From contig CAWJQU010000008.1 in the NCBI GenBank assembly GCA_963845145.1, positions 128,001-192,000 of the forward strand: a stretch of DNA of 64,000 nt, given 5' to 3'. Under the pieces are notes generated by a model. That model did not search any database. It saw only the letters and a program-made list of their open reading frames with translations, and was not told the origin of the DNA. How positions within the stretch are numbered: position 1 is the first letter of the stretch; every line of letters begins with the position of its first letter. Positions 33,056 through 41,581 of the stretch are shown here, piece after piece. The position numbers and the translations under genes are program-made. Origin of the DNA: an uncultured delta proteobacterium. Lineage in GTDB: Bacteria; Desulfobacterota; Desulfobacteria; Desulfobacterales; QNYZ01.

Positions 33056-34789
33056 ATGCGACCTTATTTCGAATCGATGCCTCATTTTGGACGAGAGTTG
33101 AGCGAGGGCCAGAAAAAGAGCACGGAAGATAATATTCAAAAGATTAAAGACGTCGAAGCTCTGATCCTGGACGCAACCGAAAAGGTGAAATCAGCCGGTT
33201 TCCCGGAAGAAAAAATCAATGCCCGGGGGATGCTGACTGTCTGGCAGCGACTTGAATACCTGCTTGACCCGGACAGCTGGTGTCCCCTCAATACCCTTTA
33301 TAATCCTGCCGGCAACGAAGAGGGACATACCAATGTCTTCAACGGGCTGGGTAAGATATCGGGCAAATGGGCGGTTATCATTGGATTTGACAACAAAAAT
33401 CTTGCCGGTGCCTGGATCCCCGGTCAATCCGATAATATTTTAAGAGCGACCAACCTCTCCAAGCGCCTCAATATTCCCCTCATTTGGCTGGTCAACTGCA
33501 GCGGTGTCAAACTCACCGACCAGGAAAAATTTTATGCCGATCGCCGGGGTGGTGGGGCCGCCTTTTTTCGGCACGCCGAACTTGAGCTATTGGGCATTCC
33601 GATTCTTGCCGCCATTTACGGCACCAATCCGGCCGGTGGCGGTTATCATGGTATCAGCCCCACGGTTCTCTTTGCCCACAAAAATTGTAATATTGCCGTG
33701 GGCGGCGGCGGGATTCTGAGCGGTATGTCGCCCAAGGGCTATTTCGACCAGGAAGGCAGCGAGGCCCTCATCAATTCGGCCAAACAGTTCAAGGTCAAAC
33801 CACCGGGATCAGTGGACATCCACTATGACGAAACCGGTTTTTTCCGGTATGTGTATGAAGAAGAGACCCAGGTGCTGGACGGATTAAAAGATTACATGAA
33901 AGACATGCCCGGCTACCACCCTAAATTTTTTCGCGTCGCCGAGCCCAAGCCACCTCGGCTTCCTGCCGATGATCTCTACCGTTTGATCCCGTTTAACCAG
34001 AAACAGATGTACAATTTCGATGAAGTGCTCTCCCGAATTGTCGACGGCAGTGAGCATATGGAATTTCGACCCGATTATGGGCCCGAAATCTATACCGGAC
34101 TGTGCAAATTCGATGGATTTTTGATGGGCGTGATCGGCAATCGCCAGGGCTTTCTTGGTGAGAGCTATCCTGAATATGCCGACTATCCCGGAATCGGCGG
34201 TAAGCTATACCGACAAGGTCTGATCAAAATGAACGAATTCGTCACTCAATGCGGCCGCGACCAGGTGCCTATCATCTGGTTTCAGGATACATCCGGCATT
34301 GACGTGGGCGATATCGCCGAAAAAGCCGAGTTGTTAGGCCTCGGCCAAAGCCTGATCTACTCCATCCAGCAGACGGATGTGCCTCAACTGCTGATTTTGC
34401 TGCGAAAAGGCACAGCCGCCGCACATTACGTCATGGGCGGCCCCGTGGCCAATCGCCACAACGCCTTCACTTTGGGCGTGGCAACATCCGAAATTTATGT
34501 GATGCATGGCGAAACCGCTGCGGCCGCCACCTATTCCCGCCGTCTGGTTAAGGAGAAAGATGCCGGCCGGGATCTGGGCCCCGTCATTGATAAAATGAAT
34601 CAAATGGCCCAGGAATATCACGACTATTCACGTCCCCTGTATTGCGCCCAACATGGCTTGGTGGATGAGGTCGTCACCATGCCGGCCCTGCGCAAATACC
34701 TGACGGCGTTTGCCGGTGCCGCTTATCAGAATCCACGCGCCATCTGCCCTCACCATCAGATGATGCTGCCACGAATAATTAAGGGGTAA
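33056..34789 (+). CDS. gcdA: Glutaconyl-CoA decarboxylase alpha subunit (carboxyltransferase)
   Basis: Carboxyltransferase fold with GTNPAGGGYH, GGKLYRQGLIKM, RKGTAAAHYVMGGP, ICPHHQM. Confidence 0.88.
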   Translation: MRPYFESMPHFGRELSEGQKKSTEDNIQKIKDVEALILDATEKVKSAGFPEEKINARGMLTVWQRLEYLLDPDSWCPLNTLYNPAGNEEGHTNVFNGLGKISGKWAVIIGFDNKNLAGAWIPGQSDNILRATNLSKRLNIPLIWLVNCSGVKLTDQEKFYADRRGGGAAFFRHAELELLGIPILAAIYGTNPAGGGYHGISPTVLFAHKNCNIAVGGGGILSGMSPKGYFDQEGSEALINSAKQFKVKPPGSVDIHYDETGFFRYVYEEETQVLDGLKDYMKDMPGYHPKFFRVAEPKPPRLPADDLYRLIPFNQKQMYNFDEVLSRIVDGSEHMEFRPDYGPEIYTGLCKFDGFLMGVIGNRQGFLGESYPEYADYPGIGGKLYRQGLIKMNEFVTQCGRDQVPIIWFQDTSGIDVGDIAEKAELLGLGQSLIYSIQQTDVPQLLILLRKGTAAAHYVMGGPVANRHNAFTLGVATSEIYVMHGETAAAATYSRRLVKEKDAGRDLGPVIDKMNQMAQEYHDYSRPLYCAQHGLVDEVVTMPALRKYLTAFAGAAYQNPRAICPHHQMMLPRIIKG

Positions 34790-34908
34790 CCGGCAAAACA
34801 GATTCCCTGCTGCATCGAATGATTGATATCCTCACAGACGATCAGGGCCCTTTCAGTCCGGAAACAGGCTCTGCCAACTTGAGAGGTTTCTTGTGATAAA
34901 GCAAACCA

Positions 34909-37275
34909 CTAAAATGCCTGATACTCTTTTCTGGCGATAATCTCCTCTTGCAGGGCTTCCGACAGATCGCAAAAATAATCGCTATATCCGGCAACGCGAA
35001 CAATCAGATCCCGATATTCGTCGGGTGCCTGTTGGGCTTTTCGGAGCGTTTCGGTATCGATAACGTTAAACTGGATATGGTGACAATCCAGGCTGAAATG
35101 GGTACGGATGAGATGGACCAGGTTGTCCAGGCCGGTTTCGGTATCCAGTAGCTGCGGTGAATATCTTTGATTTAGAAGTGTCCCACCGGTACGCATATGA
35201 TCCATCTTTGAAATCGATTTGATCACAGCGGTAGGTCCATGGCGGTCGGCACCCTGAACGGGCGAGATCCCTTCCGACAATGGGCGCCCGGCTTTGCGGC
35301 CATCGGGCAGCGCGCCGATGACCGATCCGAAATAAACATGGCATGTCGTCGGCAGTAAGTTGATGCAATAGCGCCCCCCACGCGTATTTGGGCGCCCATC
35401 AATGGCATTAAAATAGGCATCAAAAATCCGTTTCATGATATCATCGGCATAATCATCGTCGTTCCCGAATTTTGGGGTTTTATTCAGGAAGCGCTGTCGC
35501 AACCGCTCATCGTTTTCGAAATCTGTATCCAGCGTCTCGATCATGTCCGTCAGAGGGAGATTTCCCTCATCGAAAACGTGATATTTGATTGATGATAACG
35601 CGTCGGTAATGGTACCAAGGCCGACACCCTGAATATAACTCGTGTCATAACGGGCGCCGCCATCATGGTAATCCCTGCCTTTTTTTATACAATCGTCAAC
35701 GAAAAGCGATAAAAACGGGGCCGGCATGTATGCCGCATACAACCGCTCGATGACGTTGTTTCCCCGAATTTTGATATCGATAAAATGCCGCATCTGCTTT
35801 TCAAACGCGGAGAACAGGTTGTCGAAGGTTTTGAATTTATTCGGCGACCCTGTTTTCGGTCCCAACTGCCGGCCGCTGCGCGGATCGATACCGTTGTGAA
35901 GGGTTAATTCAAGAATTTTTGGAATATTGAAATAACCGGTCAGGTTGTAATTCTCTTTGCCAAAAGCACCGGTTTCGACACAACCGCTGGTCCCGCCGTT
36001 GCGGGCGTCCGTGATTGTTTTACCGACGCGCAACATTTCCTGAACCACGAGGTCATGATTAAAAACAGAGGGCTGGCCAAAACCGGTAGAAATGATTTTA
36101 GCGGCCCGCTTGATGAATTGAATCGGATTTTTTTTACTCACCTGAATGGACGAGCTCGGTTGAAGCAGGCGCATCTCCTCAATGACATCGAGAATCAGGT
36201 AGGTCACTTCATTGACGCCATCTGAGCCATCGGCTTTGACCCCACCTGTGTTAATTTGGGCAAAATCCGTATAGGTACCGCTTTCCGCCGCAGTCACCCC
36301 AACCTTGGGCGGGGCCGGTTGATTATTGAATTTAACCCATAAACATTGCAGCAGATCACGGGCTGTTTCTTGTGTCAGAGAGCCATCGGCCAATCCATTC
36401 TTATAAAAAGGTAGGAGGTGTTGGTCAAACCGACCCGGGTTAAAAGCGTCCCACGGGTTTAATTCCGTGGTCACGCCCAGATGAACGAACCAGTAGTATT
36501 GAACTGCTTCCCAAAAATTGCGCGGCGCTTTGGCCGGAATATGCGAACAGACGTCTGCAATGGCCTCGAGCTCTTGTTTGCGCTTTAGTTCCGTTTCAAT
36601 CTCGGCCAACTCACGGGCCTTCACGGCGTGGCGATCGGCAAAAATTATCAGCGCATCGGCACAAATGGCCATGGCCTTCAAGGACTCCTGCTTGGAATAG
36701 GCGGCAGGGTCACCATAAAAATCCAGGGTTTTAAGGCTGGTATCAATATCTTGTTTAAAATCCAATATCCCCTTTTTATAAATCTTGTCATCCAGCGTTG
36801 TGTGCCCTGGAGAGCGCTGCTCCATAAACTCGGTGAAAACGCCCGCCCCATAGGCATCATGCCATGCGGGGGACATTTCACTTAACAATCGCTCGCGCAT
36901 GGTCTTGCTTTTCCAATAAGGGATTGCCTTCTTAGCGTAAAAAGCCTTTACCTCATCGGATACGGTAAAGGCTATTTTTTCACGGGTGTGCAGTACATCA
37001 AGATCGTCCAACGAATGACAGCACAATTCCGGATAGGTCGGCGAAGCTTTGGGGCAAGGCCCTTTTTCACCGACAATCAGTTCGCCGGCACCGATATAGA
37101 TGCTTTTATGCATCATAATATATTGAAAGGCCTGCGCACGCCGTACCGGCACCGACATGGTGGGATCGGCATGGTTTTTATAAAATTCTGTGAGCAGTTC
37201 CGCCCGCTCCGATGACAATGAGGGGACGGCTGCCAGGCTTTGCTGGCGTAACTTATAAACACGATCCGACAACAT
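34909..37275 (-). CDS. hypD: Glycyl radical enzyme, trans-4-hydroxy-L-proline dehydratase
   Basis: RVAGY Gly loop and SGCVE Cys loop; HypD-type motifs QRSPGH, WDAF, ESGTYTDFA, LTGY, LPTTCH. Confidence 0.88.
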   Translation of the reverse strand: MLSDRVYKLRQQSLAAVPSLSSERAELLTEFYKNHADPTMSVPVRRAQAFQYIMMHKSIYIGAGELIVGEKGPCPKASPTYPELCCHSLDDLDVLHTREKIAFTVSDEVKAFYAKKAIPYWKSKTMRERLLSEMSPAWHDAYGAGVFTEFMEQRSPGHTTLDDKIYKKGILDFKQDIDTSLKTLDFYGDPAAYSKQESLKAMAICADALIIFADRHAVKARELAEIETELKRKQELEAIADVCSHIPAKAPRNFWEAVQYYWFVHLGVTTELNPWDAFNPGRFDQHLLPFYKNGLADGSLTQETARDLLQCLWVKFNNQPAPPKVGVTAAESGTYTDFAQINTGGVKADGSDGVNEVTYLILDVIEEMRLLQPSSSIQVSKKNPIQFIKRAAKIISTGFGQPSVFNHDLVVQEMLRVGKTITDARNGGTSGCVETGAFGKENYNLTGYFNIPKILELTLHNGIDPRSGRQLGPKTGSPNKFKTFDNLFSAFEKQMRHFIDIKIRGNNVIERLYAAYMPAPFLSLFVDDCIKKGRDYHDGGARYDTSYIQGVGLGTITDALSSIKYHVFDEGNLPLTDMIETLDTDFENDERLRQRFLNKTPKFGNDDDYADDIMKRIFDAYFNAIDGRPNTRGGRYCINLLPTTCHVYFGSVIGALPDGRKAGRPLSEGISPVQGADRHGPTAVIKSISKMDHMRTGGTLLNQRYSPQLLDTETGLDNLVHLIRTHFSLDCHHIQFNVIDTETLRKAQQAPDEYRDLIVRVAGYSDYFCDLSEALQEEIIARKEYQAF

Positions 37276-37276
37276 T

Positions 37277-38194
37277 CTATCCTCCGATCGACACTTGCAT
37301 ATTGGCTTTACGCATCATGGATTTAACCGCCATCATTTCCTTCCGGTTGGGAGGATGGCAATGGCCGAGGGAATAATTCTTTTGTAACCGCCCATATTTC
37401 TCTATAGCGATATCGTGATAAGGTAATATATCAATTTGAATAATATTGGGCAACGCCTTTGCCAAAGCCGCAATAGCTTCAATGTTTTCTCTTTTATCGG
37501 TAATGCCGGGAATGATGGGAAAGCGGATAATAATACGATGCCCCGCATGGGCCAACTTGCCCAGATTGTCTAATATCAACCGATTGGAAACGCCTGCATA
37601 ATCTCGATGTTGTCGATCATCCATTATTTTGAGGTCAAACAAAAAGAGATCCACAAAGGAACGCAGACCGTCTATGGTAGCCCATTCGGCATAACCGCAA
37701 GTATCAAGGGCCGTGTGGATACCCCGTTTTTTGCATTCCGCAAGAACGGCTCCGGCAAAGTGGGCTTGCACCAAAGGCTCCCCCCCGGATAGGGTAACCC
37801 CGCCCTTTGATTCCTCATAAAATGATCGATCTTTTTCGATGACCTGCATCACGTCCGCGCAGGTTTGCCTTTGCCCTACAATTTCCCTGGCCTCCGTAAA
37901 ACAATAGGCGAGGCAGGTGCCGCAACGGGTGCAGGCATCTAAATCCGTTGTTGCCCCGTCCCCCATGGTGATGGCGTGCGCCGGACAATTTTCCGCACAG
38001 GCCCCACAACTCATACAACGATGACGACGATAGGTGATTTCAGGACGCCGATGCTGGCTTTCGGGATTGTGACACCAGGCACATGCAAGTGGACACCCCT
38101 TAAAGAAAACCGTTGTGCGAATACCGGGGCCATCGTTAACGGAAAACCGTTGAATGTTGAAAATAGATCCTGTCGCGGGTGATTCTTTCATCAT
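37277..38194 (-). CDS. Glycyl-radical enzyme activating protein (radical SAM with ferredoxin insert)
   Basis: DGPGIRT, CPLACAWCHNPE, two CxxCxxCxxxC motifs, SGGEP. Confidence 0.93.
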   Translation of the reverse strand: MMKESPATGSIFNIQRFSVNDGPGIRTTVFFKGCPLACAWCHNPESQHRRPEITYRRHRCMSCGACAENCPAHAITMGDGATTDLDACTRCGTCLAYCFTEAREIVGQRQTCADVMQVIEKDRSFYEESKGGVTLSGGEPLVQAHFAGAVLAECKKRGIHTALDTCGYAEWATIDGLRSFVDLFLFDLKIMDDRQHRDYAGVSNRLILDNLGKLAHAGHRIIIRFPIIPGITDKRENIEAIAALAKALPNIIQIDILPYHDIAIEKYGRLQKNYSLGHCHPPNRKEMMAVKSMMRKANMQVSIGG

Positions 38195-38655
38195 ATGGAT
38201 CGTTATGGCTCGAATGAATATACTTTTAAGACGGCGATGGTTATGAACGGTAAAATACGACCGTTGTTAAATTTTGTCAATTTACTATGGGCCAAACGGA
38301 TGGCAAAGAGACTTGCTTTATCAAGCGGAGCAATAAGACAAAACGATTCGCACCATAAGCCGTTGAAACGTATTTATGGAAGGCTGGATAAAGAATAAGG
38401 GTGCGCGCCTTCTCATTTAATGCAACGCGATTGCATTGGTTGAGGATATAACGTTTATCTACCGCTACAATACAGCTAAAAAATAGCTTGACCCTGGCTG
38501 GGCACAATGGTATTCGGTTTGTAACCAACCTGCTTTATTTGTTATTCATTTAACGGTAATGAAAATGGTAGGCATTCCACTCACATGTCGTCGTATTCAG
38601 CAATAAACCGGACAGCCCTGATTTGAGTGGTACTAATTGATAAAGAGGTTTTTCT

Positions 38656-38841
38656 ATGCCGGATGAGAAAAAAACAACGAATGATAATATGATGTCGGAT
38701 TCTGCCCAAACCAAAGTAAAATTTGAAATTTGGGGTGAGGAGATGATTGAAAAAAAGGTAAAACTAAGCGGTAATAGTGGCAGGGTTTATCTACCGCCCA
38801 ACTGGGTTGGACACAATGTCAAAATTATACGGATAGACTAG
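38656..38841 (+). CDS. DUF2080 family small protein
   Basis: EKKVKLSGNSGRVYLPPNWVGHNVKIIRID; AGAGG ribosome-binding site. Confidence 0.75.
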   Translation: MPDEKKTTNDNMMSDSAQTKVKFEIWGEEMIEKKVKLSGNSGRVYLPPNWVGHNVKIIRID

Positions 38842-38918
38842 CCCTAAACAATAGTTGGCAATAACGGCATAAAATGGTATCGAAGAATAATCCCAATATT
38901 TAAACAAAAGGAACGATC

Positions 38919-39353
38919 GTGGATAAGATTCAAGTCAGGAAGTTGATGACCAAAGACGCGGCCCACATCCGCAATATTTATGCCGATATCGTTCAAAAAC
39001 CGGTTGATGAGGATTTCGACCGTATTATCGAAACACATGCCAAACGCAATGACGATATTTGTGTGGTCGCCGAACTGGACGGCAATGCCGTAGGATTCAT
39101 GATCAGCTATATTCTGACCATGGGATTTGGTATTTCAAAAAGCGCCTGGATTGCCACAATGGGAGTCGCCCCCAAGTACATGGGTCAAGGAATCGGCGAA
39201 CTGATGGCTAAAGAGATATTTAGCCATTACAAGGCACTAGGCATTGAAAATGTTTATACAGCCGTCCGTTGGGACTCCACTGACCTTTTATCCTTCTGTA
39301 AAACCCTTGGTTTTGACCGAAGTAATTTCATCAACCTTCGCAAAGTGCTTTAA
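38919..39353 (+). CDS. GNAT family N-acetyltransferase
   Basis: MGVAPKYMGQGIG acetyl-CoA binding motif. Confidence 0.85.
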   Translation: MDKIQVRKLMTKDAAHIRNIYADIVQKPVDEDFDRIIETHAKRNDDICVVAELDGNAVGFMISYILTMGFGISKSAWIATMGVAPKYMGQGIGELMAKEIFSHYKALGIENVYTAVRWDSTDLLSFCKTLGFDRSNFINLRKVL

Positions 39354-39498
39354 CGATTCGTCGATAGTCGACGCCATCTTAATCAAATAAGAATTTTCCC
39401 GGGAATCAAATAATGGCCTTATCCCAACAAAGGTACGAAAACTCTCATAGATTATAATCAATCAAAAACCACCTTTGTCGTAAATGGACTTATATTTT

Positions 39499-40620
39499 TT
39501 ATGTTGAAATTTCCCAATGGCTTCCCCATTCATCATTAACAGAACAACGCATCCTCATATCGTCTTTCATCAATGCAGCACCACATTCACCACACTCGAT
39601 GCATTCTCGAATTTCCCCTACCCTATTTTCAACTGTTTTAGAGATTAACTCTGGATCGGCGATAATAGCCCTACAGATGGCAACAAGATCTGCCACACCG
39701 TCATTTAATATTTGTTCAGCCTGGCTTAAAGTCAGAATCTTACCCACGGCGATTACCGGTATTTTAACAGCCTCTTTAATTCCCTTGGCAAGTGACAGAA
39801 ATTTACCTTGTTCCATAAACTCGTCCCTGTGAGGTCTGGATTCGGCTACCCCGCCGGACACATGAATGATATCTGTCCCGTTTTTTTCTATCAAAAGTGC
39901 AATATCTATAGCATCATCAAGTCCCAATCCACCTTTTACGAACTCATCTGCACTAACTCGGCAGATGAGGGGGAATTCTTCACCGACCCGCTCTCTTGTT
40001 TTCGTGAGTATATTTATTAAGAACCTTGCCCTGTTTTCCAAGATTCCACCATAGATGTCGTTTCTGTGGTTTGAGTAAGGGGATAAAAATCCGTTTATAA
40101 GATATCCGTGTGCGGCATGGATCTCCACCGTTTCCGCACCAGCGATTTTGGATCGAAGCGCTGCCTCGGCAAACTGATCCTCTATTATTTCTATTTCTTC
40201 TATATCCAACTTCCGTGGTGATTCTTGCCAGATAGGGCATGGTATGGCTGATGGGGCAACTGGTTGCAAACCCGTCGTCTTCGAGGATGTCTGTCGCCCA
40301 GCATGGACTATTTGAATTGCCGGTAAAGAACCGGCCTGCTTTATAACTTTGAATAATTTGGAAAGCCCCTCTATGTATTTATCGCTGTCTATTCGGGTAC
40401 AATATTTGAAAGGGTTACCATCCTGCGAAATAGCAGTACCACCTACAATTGTTAAACCGACTCCACTTTTAGCTATCTTGGTGTAATATTCTATAAGCGG
40501 TTCGCTCACTGTCCCATCTTCATGGGTATAATTGGTAACCGTAGGTGGAAAAACGATTCTGTTTGATAGAAGTGTCTCCCCTATCCGCAAAGGGCTCAAT
40601 AATCATTCAAAGGACGGCAT
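39499..40620 (-). pseudogene. Old yellow enzyme / NADH:flavin oxidoreductase with in-frame TGA at codon 6
   Basis: HAGRQ, EIHAAHGYL, NHRNDIYGG..ENRARF, CIECGEC. RBS AGAGGA then ATG 40620 reads MPSFE*LLSPLRIG. An alternative TTG start at 40599 gives an open 366-aa ORF. Confidence 0.6.
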
Positions 40621-40634
40621 GATAGATCCTCTTA

Positions 40635-41132
40635 TCAAAAACCTATTTTTTGTTTGGGCTTCTCCTCGATGGCCAATAGCTTATCAAGGGCTTCAAATAC
40701 GATTTGAAACCGTTCATCAGTCTGCTTCCTCATCTCATCCAGTTCTTTTTTCAATTCTGCATTCGCCGTGATCATATGCCGAAGCTTGGTAAAAGTCCGC
40801 ATGATTTGAATATTGACCTGGACGGCTCTTTTGCTATTAAGAATCCCGGATAACATAGCCACACCTTGTTCAGTAAAGGCAAATGGCAAATATTTTGAAT
40901 GGGCCCCTCTTTTTAAGGTGCCAAATTGGCTCCTTAAAGATTGATCTTCATCCTTAGACAATTCAAACATAAAATCGTCTGGAAATCTGTCGATATGTCG
41001 CCGGACATTTCTTTTCAAAACCTTGGTTTCGACCTCGTACAGTGCGGCAAGGTCCCGATCCAGCATAACCTTGACGCCTCGGATGAAATAAATTTTATTC
41101 GCGATTTGTTCAACGGGTACAATGTCAGTCAT
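40635..41132 (-). CDS. ORF6N/KilA-N-like DNA-binding domain protein
   Basis: VMLDRDLAALYEV, RFPDDFMFEL, AFTEQGVAMLS, C-terminal KIGF. Confidence 0.88.
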   Translation of the reverse strand: MTDIVPVEQIANKIYFIRGVKVMLDRDLAALYEVETKVLKRNVRRHIDRFPDDFMFELSKDEDQSLRSQFGTLKRGAHSKYLPFAFTEQGVAMLSGILNSKRAVQVNIQIMRTFTKLRHMITANAELKKELDEMRKQTDERFQIVFEALDKLLAIEEKPKQKIGF

Positions 41133-41413
41133 GTGTTATTTGGTCCTTTTCTTTCAACAATGGCCCCAATTGATCCGTGATTTGGCCTTGATCTATAAAA
41201 TATCTCTTTAAATACGCCCTCTGAGGGGGCCGATCTTTCTTGTATAATTCACTTTTATATCTTTATGCTGGACAAGAAGACCGGAGAGATATTGAACAGC
41301 AAAGAAAGATATTAATTTGAGTAATGAACTTATGTAAATGACAGACAATTGTAATCTTTCAGAAATGGTTTAATTTAATGAAATATTTTGATTAAAGACT
41401 TATATGTAAGTGC

Positions 41414-41510
41414 GTCGCGGTAGGGATACCGGTTACCCGGCACCCCCCGCACAGATCCCGGAGTGCAGTTTTCCCGCACCGGGCTCCTCAGTGATACTCG
41501 CTTCCGTGAT
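41414..41510 (-). mobile_element. Group II intron 3' remnant (domains V-VI)
   Basis: Minus strand GAGCCCGGTGCGGGAAAACTGCACTCCGGGATCTGTGCGGGGGGTGCCGGGTAACCGGTATCCCTACCGCGAC forms domain V and VI hairpins ending in AC. No reverse transcriptase ORF nearby. Confidence 0.8.
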
Positions 41511-41581
41511 CCTTATCACTAGGGGTAACCCCAACATTTGTACAACCAGCCTCTTTTCCCGACACCTACCATTCCATCGTG

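Noticed and set aside
34909..37275. Glycyl radical enzyme as choline TMA-lyase (TMA source) or pyruvate formate-lyase
   Set aside because: Motifs match HypD (ESGTYTDFA, SGCVETG, LPTTCH); no PFL Cys-Cys pair and no microcompartment genes.
9272..37279. Amber read-through fusions (lptF-lptG, gnnA-lpxB, hbd-crt, activase-hypD)
   Set aside because: In each case the downstream gene is out of frame with the TAG.
38301..38317. Sigma54 promoter TGGCAAAGAGACTTGCT
   Set aside because: GG-GC spacing is 11 nt rather than the required 10.
40603..40605. TGA as selenocysteine
   Set aside because: Non-catalytic N-terminal position with no expected Cys, and only a weak downstream hairpin.
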